NCBI GenBank assembly: GCA_964016885.1
Contig: OZ024747.1
Location: 31,248,001 to 31,312,000, forward strand
Reading direction: 5' to 3'
Length of the DNA stretch: 64,000 nucleotides
Source: Eledone cirrhosa
Taxonomy: Eukaryota
The position numbers and the translations under genes are program-made. Under the pieces are notes generated by a model. It was not told the origin of the DNA. It searched no databases and was given only the letters and a program-made list of their open reading frames with translations. This document shows, piece by piece, positions 48,634-61,810 of the stretch; positions within the stretch are counted from its first letter, which is position 1; the number at the start of each line of letters is the position of its first letter.

Positions 48634-49967
48634 GTAATAATAATAAAATTGAAGACTAAAATCCAAAGAGGGCTCGATAAGGAAAATATATATCAAATAT
48701 ATAAGAACCGTAGAGCAAATATTTATTAAAATAACAGATTAAAGTTTAAGCAAAGAATCGCTGCTTTCACCCTTAACGGGATCTTCTGAAACTAACAAAG
48801 TCAATCTGTAAACGCAGAACTGGATATTTCAAAAAACGTTGCAACCGGAGGAAGACAGGAAGACGATACTTTGGTTCGTGGTAACGTTCGCTGGCAAAGA
48901 ACGGGATAAAACGAATAATACGTCATTAATAGGAGCGGTGAAAAACAATTACGCGCAAAGACAAAACCACGTTTATGGTATAAAAGAGGTCGTAGACTAA
49001 TGTTCTCTTAGGTGGTGCATAGAGACGTTCTCTGGCAATGAACGAAAAAACGAAGATAATAAGTCATATGTGGAGCGTGGCGAACAATAGCACGCAAAGA
49101 CAAAACCACGTAAATGGTATAGCAGAAATCGTAGACTAAAATTCCAACTAGGAGACCAAATGAATCTCCGCTACAGAGTTAAGAACAAAGTAAATAAATA
49201 CAATACAGAAGTAATAGAAACAAATAAATACATACACGCAAACAGATACGTACATACACAAGCATACGCAAAACCTTAGGTATGCGTGTGCGCTTGTTAT
49301 ATACGTATTTATTTACTTATATACGTTTATATAATTATTTATTTATTTGTACACAAGCATACACACACACACATATTTATATGTGCGTGGTTTTGTATAC
49401 CCATGGTAAGGTTTTGCGTATGCTTGTGTATGTACGTATCTGTTTGCGTGTATGTATATATTTGTTTCTATTACTTCTGTATTGTATTTATTTACTTTGT
49501 TCTTAACTCTGTAGCGGAGATTCATTTGGTCTCCTAGTTGGAATTTTAGTCTACGATTTCTGCTATACCATTTACGTGGTTTTGTCTTTGCGTGCTATTG
49601 TTCTCCACGCTCCACATATGACTTATTATCTTCGTTTTTTCGTTCATTGCCAGAGAACGTCTCTATGCACCACCTAAGAGAACATTAGTCTACAACCTCT
49701 TTTATACCATAAACGTGGTTTTGTCTTTGCGCGTAATTGTTTTTCACCGCTCCTATTAATGACGTATTATTCGTTTTTTCCCGTTCTTTGCCAGCGAACG
49801 TTACCACGAAACCAAAGTATCGTCTTCCTGACTTCCTCCGGTTGCAACGTTTTTTGAAATATCCAGTTCTGCGTTTACAGATTGACTTTGTTAGTTTCAG
49901 AAGATCCCGTTAAGGGTGAAAGCAGCGATTCTTTGCTTAAACTTTAATCTGTTATTTTAATAAATAT
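48634..49967. mobile_element. ORF-less fold-back element: ~560-bp near-perfect inverted arms with HHR-like H4 near each outer end
   Basis: Arms 48719-49278 / 49407-49967; H4 at 48743-48793 (-) and 49893-49943 (+); flanked by (TA)n. Confidence 0.85.
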
Positions 49968-50050
49968 ATATATGTGTATATATATACATATATATGTGTA
50001 CTTATATATATGTACACACACATATATATACATGGTGTGTGTATCTGTCA

Positions 50051-50366
50051 GTGGCTGCCCCCTCGTTATCGAGTATGGCCATTGCACAATACACCATTAT
50101 TAATAATTATTAATTAGTTATATCGTGCAATGCCTGTGCGTCAAGATATTTTTTAAAGTGAGGAAAGACTTTGCACTGAGCCAATCCCACTCTCTGAGCG
50201 AGAGTAGCTATAACCCGAAAAGAAGAAAAGATCAACATCATCGGTAACTACTGAGCCGCAGGTTTTGTGTCGGAGTCATCCCAGTTTCCTGAGTTGCCTT
50301 CTCCTAGAAGAATGCCCTGAAAAATGTTAGGGGTCCTTCACTCCCAGTGGTTTAACTGGGCGGTAC
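50051..50366. repeat. Dispersed structured repeat, unclassified (possibly a LINE 5' UTR)
   Basis: ggctgccccctcgttatcgagtatggccattgcac also at 46458 and 11446; related pieces at 10985-11200 and 47252-47410. Confidence 0.55.
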
Positions 50367-50574
50367 ATGTGTATATACATATTTACACACTTTCGGATGG
50401 CCGTTGACTCTTATGAGTTTTTCCGCCCTTTGTCAGGTTTTGTTTTTTGTCCTGCAGGGTGTCCAAAATAACTCTCCTCACCAAGTAAACTTGGTGGGGT
50501 TGCCGGTTTAGTCGCCATCGACCCGACCATGCGACATGTTGTACTGGGTTACATGTTACAACAAATATATATAT

Positions 50575-50663
<89 letters not shown>

Positions 50664-50669
50664 TACATC

Positions 50670-51137
50670 GGCCTCACACACATCTCTCTAAGACAATGTC
50701 TCTGGACCGAGATCTTTGGCGCTACGCAGTAATACAGAAGACCCGCCTTGCCTATGTACAAAGCGAACCTACAGTCAGTAGGCACCTCTTAACCAAATAT
50801 ACACCCCAATCCACTACCCCTACCCTATCCTCCCACTCCCACCAACAGCACAAGAAAATGAGATCGAGATCGTGTAGGTGTCACGACAAAAAAAACACAC
50901 ACAGTCCACGCTGTAATGTGGCCGTGTAGGTAACACGGTAAAAAGTTCCCAGTTCCACACTGTAGATGTGGTTGGTGTTAGGAAGGGCATCCAGCCGTAG
51001 AAAAGCTGCCAGATAGTCCTATATGAGCGAGACACGGTCACCCAACCAGCCTTGCCTCAAATGGGACAACTCCCGTTTAACCCAAGCTAGCGTGGAAAAT
51101 GGACATTAAACAAAGATGATGATGATGATGATGATGA
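50670..51137 (+). mobile_element. RTE family B 3' fragment
   Basis: [25 protein letters not shown] plus 3' UTR homologous to 14670-15155. Confidence 0.85.
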
Positions 51138-51489
51138 TATATATATATACACATATATATATTTGTTGTTGTGTTCATAATTGTTTTGGCATTGTCCCAC
51201 CCTTGCAAGCAGGGAAAAGTGGACATAAGATGATGATGATGATGATATATACGTACTTATATATACACACATATATATATATATATACACATATATATAT
51301 ATATACACACATATATATATATATACACACATATATATATACACACACACATATATATATATATATACACACATATATATATGTATACATACATATATAT
51401 ATATATATATGCACATACACATATACATTTTGCACCTAGTGTTTAGTAACCACACTAACACTATACATAATAAAATTACAATGGAAAAA

Positions 51490-53532
51490 AACCCTTCTTT
51501 CAGACCATGAGATGCTTTTTTGTCACCTGAGATTCCACCAGCTAAAAGCTAATCCTAGTAACCTCTCTCCAGCCCACCCATTTGATAACATGGATCTCCA
51601 TAATGCCAACTGGGATGCAATCATGAACGAGCTATCACATGTTGACTGGTCTTTTACACATGCACATATCTCCACCAGCATCAAAACATCTTGGCAGATC
51701 TTTGTAGACACTGTCACAAATATATGTACAAAACACACCCCACAAAGACCTGGGAACAAAACTAAGTGCAGAATCCCCCAAAACAGAAAAACTTTAATCA
51801 GAGAAATAAACAGAACAATAAAAAAAATCAACATACTAAAATACTGCCAACAGCAACACACACATTTGATGGCTACCGCACTGCTTGAATCAAATAAACC
51901 TCCAACAATGTATGAAGACCATCATCAATAACCAAAGAATAGCTGAGGAGAAATGGCCATTGAGAAAATTATACTCAACCCCAAAGTATTCTTTTCATTT
52001 ACCAAAAAACACGAGGTCACTGTCTCCACTGTTGGCCCTCTAGTTGATGAAAATGGCACACTCCAAGATAATGCCAAAACCATGGGCGATCTACTGCAGA
52101 AACAATACTGCTTTGTTTTCAGCAATCCTGATATGGACAAGCTGGGCTGTATCACTGATGTTAATCCCCAACACACTATATCAGACATAAAGTTTGGCGC
52201 CCCTGATGTCTTAGTGGCTATAAATGAAATTAAACATAATTCAGCAGTAGACCCCGATAGGTTCCCTGCTTGTGTCGACACCAATTGCATCTCCTCTTCC
52301 TCTGTGGAGGAACTCAGTGGATACTGGCTGCTCACTGAAAACTTTCTGCCCCAGTCTGTTGCCCCAGTTTTCAAAAAGGGAAACAAGTCCCTTGCAGTGA
52401 ACTACCGTCTGATCTCACTCACCTCTCATATCATCAAGGCATTTGAGAGGGTGGTGAGATCACGAATAACCCACTTTCTTGAAAGCAACTATCTGCTGAA
52501 CTCCAACCAACATGGATTCCGTAATGGAAGGGACTGCCTAACGCAGCACCTGCATCACTTTGATGATATTTTCAGAGCTTTGGGAGAGGGCTCCAACACT
52601 GATGTCATCTACCTTGATTTCAGCAAGTCCTTTGACAGGGTTGACCATAAGATTCTATAGAAAAAAATATTCAATGTTGGTGTCTCTGGAAAGTTACTAC
52701 AGTGGATCAAGTGTTTCCTGACATACAGAACCCAACATGTTGTAGTCGAAGGAGTAAAATCAAGCCCAGCCAAAGTCAGTAGTGGCATCCCGCAAGGCAC
52801 TTTGTTGGGCCCACTTCTTTTCATCATCTACATTAATGACATTACTGACATCATCAAGCACAGCAATATAAGGATCTTTGCAGATGATTCCAAGCTCCAG
52901 AAGGTCATCAATAAAGTGGATGACCGGATATGCCTTCAGTCAGACCTACTAGGTCTGATTGAAGGCATGTCCGGTCACCCACATGAAACAAAGTATCATG
53001 AAAATTGAAGTTCCTCAAAGGTCAATCACAAGAAAAATAGATGGCATGTGAGACCTTGACTATTGACTCAAACTTTATTCACCCCAACGTCGCTGTGAGC
53101 ACTACATCATCTGCATGATGTGGAAAATATTCCATCAGCATTGCCCAAATGATGTTGGCATCACCTTTAAGATACACCCAAGGCTTTGTCCCTGTGCTAT
53201 CCACCACAACAACAATTACGCTCACATCTCATAACAACAATACGGCACAATTATTTATCCTCAATTGGCATCGTTCTCTTTAACATTACACAAAAACACA
53301 TTAAAACGAAAACAGACCCCATAAAGTTCAAAAAGTCTTTGGACAAATTCCTTCAAGAAATCCCAGATAAACCTCCTATACCTGGATATGTCTCCATAAA
53401 CAGTAACTCTCTACTTGAGTGGGACATGGTATCTAAATCCTGATTTAAAAGACTTCACCAGGTGGTGCTATTAAGTTAGACATGGCCTGGGCCAATGCTT
53501 GCCAAAACCTAACAAAGTTATTTAAAGTTATA
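51490..53532 (+). mobile_element. CR1/L2/Jockey-group LINE, 5'-truncated and decayed
   Basis: NPKVFFSF, PVFKKG, NYRLISLTS, QHGFRNGRDC, IYLDFSKSFDRVDH, SGIPQGTLLGPLLFIIYIND, FADDSKL, FKKSLDKFL. Confidence 0.9.
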
Positions 53533-54849
53533 TATACTTACATATGTGGTCAATGCAAGTTTAGGTGCAGAAATGGTAGAGTAATTGGTAAAATCCCAAC
53601 AGAGTGCCCACTCATTGGGGTTCCATCTAAAAGATATCTATATTGTATTCATTTATTGTAAAGCACCATTTTGGCTCTGGTTCAGCTGCAGTATTTGTGC
53701 ATGGTAAATAGGTATTTTTGAAAAAAAATACAACAGTGCAATCCCATTTCCTTGGCACTAGAATCATGTGTTTATTTTGCTTGATGGTTGATTCTGTCAT
53801 GATCTTAACAGTGTTTGGCACTATATGGACTAAATATATATATGATCAGAGGCAATATATCTTTTACCAAGAAGCACACCACATATTTAACTATCAATAT
53901 TTTTGAGATCAGCAAGTTTTACGTGAATCTCTGATATAAGGAAACGTGAAGCTTTGATTTCGATTTTGTTTAATATTAAACAATTATAAAGATATTCAGA
54001 ATGAATTATTTATTACTTTAGTTTTTAGGACATATTTTTACTTAAAATATAATATTTACATATAGCTAAACTAAGTTACATAAATATTGTAGGTAAAACA
54101 TGCTAAAGATATACGACAAAATATCTACTATTGTTTAACATTGAAAATATTTCATTTACTAATATCTACAGCAAATATCAAATATCTGACAGTGTTGATT
54201 ATGAAAGACAGTGGCTGATCAATGAGCAGACAACAGTGAATGAAATAATGATTATCTACCTATAAAATGTCTTGTTCCCTGGCTTGCTAGACTGGAAACC
54301 ATTCCTAGAATAGATTGATATTCTTCCTTTAAGTATCATTGCATAAGGGTTAGTTGTAATACAGCCGGAAGTATGTATGCTAAGACAAATGTGTATACAT
54401 CTGTCAGTCAATGGCAAAAAAAGGCAAAGACAGTGAGAAAAAAAATAAAGAATGAAAAGCAGAAAAGAAAGATGTAAATGGATTAGTTTGTATTTTTTTT
54501 AGTTATTTTTAGTTTTATTTATCCTGGAAAAATATGATTCATGAAAGAAATGCAGGTTATAAAAAATGGTCAATAAAAAAAATGTCATTTACAAATATCT
54601 TATTTTTAGCATTCATGTTACATTAATATATTAGATTTTAAAGAAATAGGGGGAATTAATTGGTTAGGTTAAAAATAAAAAAAAAATAAAATTTGGGTTT
54701 TAAAAGGTATATAATCTGAATAATCAAAGAAAATCTACAACTGTGGCTCAAATTTGGATTAAGTTTAAGTTAGTGTTAATGGCATGAACTCTAAATAAGA
54801 TTATTTTCTAATTTTAAAAAGAAAAGCGTGTTTACACCTAACCTATAAG

Positions 54850-55270
54850 AGCAGGTGTTGAAGAAGTTTGCTCTTCCAATATTTGGTTTCAGGTTTGACT
54901 CCAAAATATAGCACCTGCAGTTAGTGTCCTCTTCTATTGACATAAACTGATAAATGCCTAATGAATGAAATTTTATATGCTGAAAATCTGTGGAAGCTCA
55001 ATGTGTATACGTGTGTGTGTGTGTTTGTCTATGTCTTCACTGGTTACTAGCAATCACTGATATTTATCTGTGCCCCACAAACAATATATCTCATAAGTCA
55101 GTGGTTTGATAGGTAAGGAATAATGAGAAAAGTACCTTACTTAAAACTTAAGGGTTGGCGTCAGGAAGGGCATCTAATCATAGATTACTACCTCAAAAAA
55201 TTTCCTCCAATCTATGCCAGTATGGAAAATGCAGGCATAAATACAATGAGGATGGTGATAATGATGATGA
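54850..55270 (+). mobile_element. Old, diverged SINE with RTE-type tail
   Basis: gttggcgtcaggaagggcatc motif and atgccagtatggaaaa..(atg)n tail. Confidence 0.45.
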
Positions 55271-56416
55271 TAAATATACAAACTAAAATTTGTGATAAAT
55301 ATGCTTAATTTATTGAATAAAAATTACTTAATAATTTTCAGAAGTTGAAATTATATATGTTTATAAGCTAAAATATATAAATACCTTTTTTGTATAATAC
55401 ACTATCATGTCAATCCAATGACTTATCACTCCTGTTGGTTTACCCCCACTGCTTTCTATTTAGTTTTGGTCATGTCAGAGGTGTAGTCATACTCACCACA
55501 CTTGGCACGAGGCTATTTAACCCAGAGTTGGAGTGGATGGCTATTGACTTTAAGGAGTTCATCTGCTCTTTTTTTTAGAGGCTCTTGTTTATTGTGCTGC
55601 TGGGATTCCACATACCCTCTTCTGGTGAGTCTGGTGGGGGAGCCTTTTAGTCACCAGCTACTTGACCATGAAGCAGGTTGAACTGGGTTACATGGTACCA
55701 GTAGCAGGATTCATGGATTCATTTCTCTTTTGATGCATAAATATATAAATCTTCATAACGTTTTCATTATGTTAAAAATTTCAATTATCTTTTCAATTTC
55801 ATTCCCTAGTTAGGGCTGTTTAAAATGTAACACTCAAACATGTCTCATTATGTTAAAACTTTTGAGTATGTCTTAAATTTCCTTCCGTAGTTAAGGTTGT
55901 TAATTGAGTAACACTGAAGCAGCTATCATAAAAAGTATTTTTATTTTTACTTTATGCACAAAAGGTGCTAAAATATTGTTATTTGTTCAAAAGTGTGCTG
56001 CAATTAAAAAAAGTTGAGCCATTGTTTTATAGGATTGCTGGACCTGATAAAAATAGTAACCAAATCTACCTTGCATATAGTTTTAAAAAGGAGATAAAAA
56101 TTGGATAATGTTGTCCAAGATACACATAATGATTTGTCACCATTTGAACACCTTTGATGATTGATTTATTCAGTGAGGGTTAACATGATGGTTAAACAAG
56201 AATAACTAATTGATAACTAACATCCACTTGTTGATAGAAAGAGGGTGCAAGCTACATTGTATGTGTATGGTTTATGTGTGTATGTGGTAGGATTGAAGAA
56301 TGATATTTGGATATTTTATAAGGATATTAACAATGTGAAATGGCGTAAAAGGCAATTTGCGAATTTCATTTTTCATCTTCATTGTTGCACTCCAAAAGCA
56401 ATAATGGTAATAATAA

Positions 56417-56630
56417 TGGTTTCTGATTTACGCACTAGGCCAGTAATTTGGGGTGGGTGGGTGGGAAAAGACGATTCTGTCAACCACAGTGCATTACAGG
56501 TACTTTATTTTATCGACCTCATAAGGATGAAAGGCAAAGCTAACTTTGGTGAGATTTGAATGCAGAACATAAAGGGCCATAACTATATGTTGCAAAGCAT
56601 GTTGTCCAAGGTTCTACTGATTCTCACAAT
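56417..56630 (-). mobile_element. SINE family 1, diverged
   Basis: tactttattttatcgacctcataaggatgaaaggcaaagctaac core. Confidence 0.75.
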
Positions 56631-58114
56631 CCTAATAACGATAATGGTAACAATATTAACACAAAGAAAGTATTTTACAAAAAGCTTGCCAAAGTTTTAT
56701 TAAAATTGCTGCTATTAGTAACAAAGAAATAGACAAGAATTAAATATGAGCCATAGGTTAAGAATTATCTCTAACAGCTTTTGAATTTCCTATGAAAGAA
56801 AATGGGTGAAGGTTAACTCTATGCTGTACATTGAGAGAATTATCCAAATGCATATTAGATAATTCAATCGTAGTGTTGATCCCCTTTCAGAGACCAACAA
56901 TAGACTGTGCCAATAGTAAAGATGATTATTTCCAGCACTGAATAAATTTTCAATCTGTAGATAATAGGAGGAAATATAAATAAAGAGAATATTTATTGAA
57001 ATTTAAACAATATTGAAAATAGTTTTTTAAAAAAAGGGAGGAAAAGAAGAAGGAGGAAAAGGAGAAGGAGAAAAAGAAGTAAAACTTGATAGCAAAAGTC
57101 TCTGAAAGGGAAAGAGTTTTTCATAAATAATTGGCATTGATTGGGACATGAATGACCAAGTTCTATTTCGATTAAATGAATGAGAGAACATAAAAGTGTG
57201 TGTGTGTATTGGGGGGGGGGGGGGGGTTCAAAAAGAAAATTGAGAATATTTCAGAAATTTGACAAACCCGTTACTTCATTTAACTGAAAACTATGTTCCA
57301 GTTGCCATGGTTATTATAAATGGCATCAGTGGGTGGTGGTGGTGGTGTGGGAGAGAAGAGGGGTAGTAGAAATATAAAAAGAAAATGAGAATAGGGAAGA
57401 AATGTAAAGAATTGAATGTTTTTAATTTGATAGATTGTATGGATGACACTGAGGGCTGTGCATTTTTATGGATTCTTGTTAGTACTGTTGTTGATGTTTA
57501 GACCCTGATCTATCTGACCTATGAGCAAAGAAAGACATTCCAGTTATAATTCGCTCATGTATTATTAAACTTAATCCATTGGAATTTTGGTGATTTTACC
57601 AGAGTCTTATCCATTACAAGAAATTCAGGCCAGAGCTCTGCTTTGAGGATACCTTCTCCATTCCCATCAGTTTCAATGTTATGAAAAGACTAATACACAT
57701 TGCCATTCTCTTCCTATCTAAATAGAAAAATATATGCCACATTATACATGTTCTTGGTATTCCAAAGGTGATATTCTAGTTGGTTAAGTGACTACCTAAA
57801 AGTTACCTCTTCAGCTTTTGGAATGGAGTTTGATTCTAAACATTAAATCACACACATATAATGATGAAGAGATGACATATAATAAATTGCAGTTACAATT
57901 ATGAAAACCTATCATATTCCCAACTTTTACAAAGTTGGTTCTTCAATAAGAAGAGAAAGCAAAACTGATATAAACATTTACCTCCAAACAAACTAGACAC
58001 CACAATGTCTCCTTAAATGAATCATGTTTCCTACATAAATACAAAACACACCTATGTGCATCAATTTTATATTGTAGATACAAGCAACAGTAATTATTAG
58101 ATCTGACAACCTTA

Positions 58115-58191
<77 letters not shown>

Positions 58192-61077
58192 CTCTTTTTC
58201 TTTCTATATATATGTATATATATATATATATATAATCACATAAACATATGTATATATCTTATTTAACTATACTTTTTGAATAGTTATAGGTTTTCCTGAT
58301 GTACATGCAAACAATGTAAACCATATTAACATATCAAACAAATACTTCTTTTTGAATATATATGCATCCAATTTGAATATATATATATCAATATATAAAT
58401 GTACAATGGAGTTTACTCTGTATAAATAGGAGAAGATTTAGCTCTTAATGCAGAGTGGCATAGAACACACATACATTTGTAAACAGATATCTTAAATCTT
58501 CTCCATGGGCAAAACAGTTTGACAAGTTTTGGTCTTGTTTGGGACATTTATGGTCTGAAAAACTACCTGACTCAGCCCACAGAGGGATTGTTACAAGGCT
58601 TGGTTAAAAGGTTCATAGGCTGATTATGAAAGACTGATGCTAGAGTTGTGAAATCTTGCATGCATTAATTTTAACTCTTCTTATTAATAACTGCATCGTT
58701 TCTTTCCAGGGACGATGTTGAAAAATAAACCTCGTTTGGTCATTCCATGAGAGTATCTTGGTCAGCCTGTGAACTTTTCAGCCAACCTCATATATATTGA
58801 CTAGCCCTTGGGATTGCATAACCCTTGCTAGCAGGGAAAAAATGACATTAAATGATGATGATGATGATGATGATAGGTCACTGTTAGCAAGGAAATTGAA
58901 GATTATTCTGATGGCAGCTAGATCAATTAATTAATTCTTGATATGCTAAGCAGTGTGTTTGTAAATAATAAAGCTTGGACTCTTAACATAGAATATACAC
59001 TATTATACATTTGCATTATGCAAAACAATTCATGATTACACTAATGACTTTAAGTACTAATGCAGTCACAGGCAGATGCAAACACCCACTTTAATCTTCC
59101 AACCCTTGACCCAGCAGAACATGAAGGTTATAAAAGCTAGTCAGAGGGCTGATATTTTGTTATTGGCCATGAAAAGAGGAAAAACAAAGTTGACCTTGTG
59201 TGCAGATAACCAGAAGATATATTGCAACTCATTCTATTGAACACTCTAATGACATGTTAAGACAATTTATTGTTTTAACATGTAATAATGTATTATATAT
59301 ATTTATATCAGATATACAATCTATTCCTATTTCTAAATTGTGTGCATGTTTTTAATAGATATGTATATGATTCTTTAACTTTTAACATCCTCCACTACAT
59401 AGAACTGCATTAACACACATTCTTGGAAAGTACAAAATATATGACTGCAACTTCATTAAAAGTTGAAGCCTTTATTCTAATACTACAAATTGTCACTATA
59501 AATATTTTCACAAGTAAAGATTCTATAAATATTTCAATTAACAAACCTATTTTTAGATATGTTATGCTAAATCGTTACAGGATGTTAAAAGTTAACATTA
59601 GTATTGGTGTTAAAAGTATACATTAGTATTGTTTTGTTTTTTTTGTTTATGTATTTATAAATATATTTTATTCATCTGCTGCCATTTATTGGAACATTTT
59701 CTTATAAGTTTAAGTATTAGGATATGAAATCAAAATCAATATTCTGGAATATGATTTAAATTATATTTCAAAGATATTTTGTTATTTATTCCAAGATTTT
59801 ATGTTTGTCTGAAATTTGTTTTAATTGGAAGAAAATATGCTTGGAAAATGTAATTGTTCGACTGGCATGTTTCTGAAAAATTCCAAACTACATTGATCAA
59901 CTTATCCTCTGTAGCTAGCATACCTTAATTGAGTTCTTTCCCCTTATCACCTTTTAGTATGTGCAATCAAATTTCTTTTGTGAGTTTCCTATTTCGAAAA
60001 TTATGAATATTTCAATTGCTGGAGACATTTTGAAACCAACTAAGCGTCCCTTCGAAGAATGGTATGAATACATTACCCAATTTGTAAAGCCAGACTGAGA
60101 CTTTTAATAGATATTTTCAATACATTGATTAGAAAACCCGATTTCCATTAACGCTAGTCCTAATATGACAGCACTATAAATATAATTCTAAAGCAAATTT
60201 TCATATATTGTTAGCTTTTATACTTCTTCAACATTAATTGTGTTTGACTTGCTAATGTTCGTCAGGGAAGAGAGGAAGTGAGGCATATTTGAAACATTAT
60301 TATTATGTTAAAGTCTATAAAATAAGTAGCAGTAATACAATAAGGTTAAACTTGATGATGTTGCTGTTTAGTCAAACATCATTCTTATGATAAAATGCAT
60401 CTTTAGCATGAAAATCTCACTTACAGATAGTGGATTGCATTATCAAATGTATCTTTTGTTTTTTGCTATGTCTAGTAGGTTGAGTGATCACCCAGTAGAT
60501 GACTGAAAACTGAGCTATAAACATACATACATAAATGTCTTTAGAGATACATAAATCTCTCTCTCTCATATATATATAAGCAAAAGGGATATTCAATTTG
60601 TTGGTAATTCAACAAATAATATCTATTTAATATCATTGAATATATATAAATATATATATATATAATTTAATGAGCTCAAGGAATAGATTCTGGGCTCTTT
60701 ATAAATCAACATATAGAGAGAAGTACACACAGAGATATGTGTTTAATCATAGGGGATCAAAACCCACCAGAGTGATGAACATATTGCCTATGGAATCCAC
60801 CGATGAACTACAATTACAATATGGATTCTTCACATTTTATAGCGAAACATACTCTTATTTGAGTTTGTCTGGGTGTTATAGTTATAATCGAATGGTTAGT
60901 GCACTTTAATATATTCATTTTATTGATTTGCATTCACCATTCCTTCCGTAGGTAATATGTTCATTGCTCTGGTGGTTTTTGATTTATAATTAAACACATA
61001 TCACTATGTGTACTTCTCTCTATATGTTGATTTATATATATATTTATATATATATGTATATATATATATATATATAT

Positions 61078-61240
61078 ATCATCATCATCATCATCATCAT
61101 CATATGTCCGCTTTTCCCTGCTTGCAAGGGTTGGACGGGTCCTATTCAGCACAGCATCTCTCCACTTGTCACGGTCGTTCGTCATCTCCTCCGTGAATTT
61201 CAGCGATCTGAGGTCTGCTCTCACCACCTTTGCCCATGTT
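61078..61240 (-). mobile_element. RTE family A 3' fragment
   Basis: [37 protein letters not shown] plus (GAT)n. Confidence 0.88.
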
Positions 61241-61470
61241 CACATTTCTAACCAGATACATAAATAAATATTTTTACATACATATATAAATGCCTACATC
61301 TTGCTATATACATAAATGCCTATATATGCATATTTCTACATTGTGTCTATATTTCTTTGGCAAATATATATACCCATACAGATACATATATATGTAAACA
61401 CATACACACAAATATAAACATACGTACATACATATATACATACATGCATATGCACATATATACATACTAT

Positions 61471-61810
61471 GGAGGCACATGGCTTAGTGGTTAGAGCATT
61501 GGCCTTGCAATCGAAAGGTTGTGAGTTCAATTCTCAGACCAGGTGATGTGTTGTTTCCTTGAGCAAGACACTTTATTTCACATTGCTCCAGTTTACTCAG
61601 CTGTAGAAATGAGATGATAGGGACTGGGGTCCATATCATTCCACTGTAAAGTGGTCGTGGAGGTGCCACGGCAAAAAAGCACCCAGCACTCACTGTAAAT
61701 GAGGTTGGTGTTACGAAGGGCATCCAGCTGTAGAAATCAAGCCAGAATCAGTTTCCGTCCCACCCTTGCAAGCAGGGAAAAGCGGACGTAAAATGAAATG
61801 ATGATGATGA
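61471..61810 (+). mobile_element. SINE family 2, full length
   Basis: Near-identical to 8052-8388. Confidence 0.9.
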
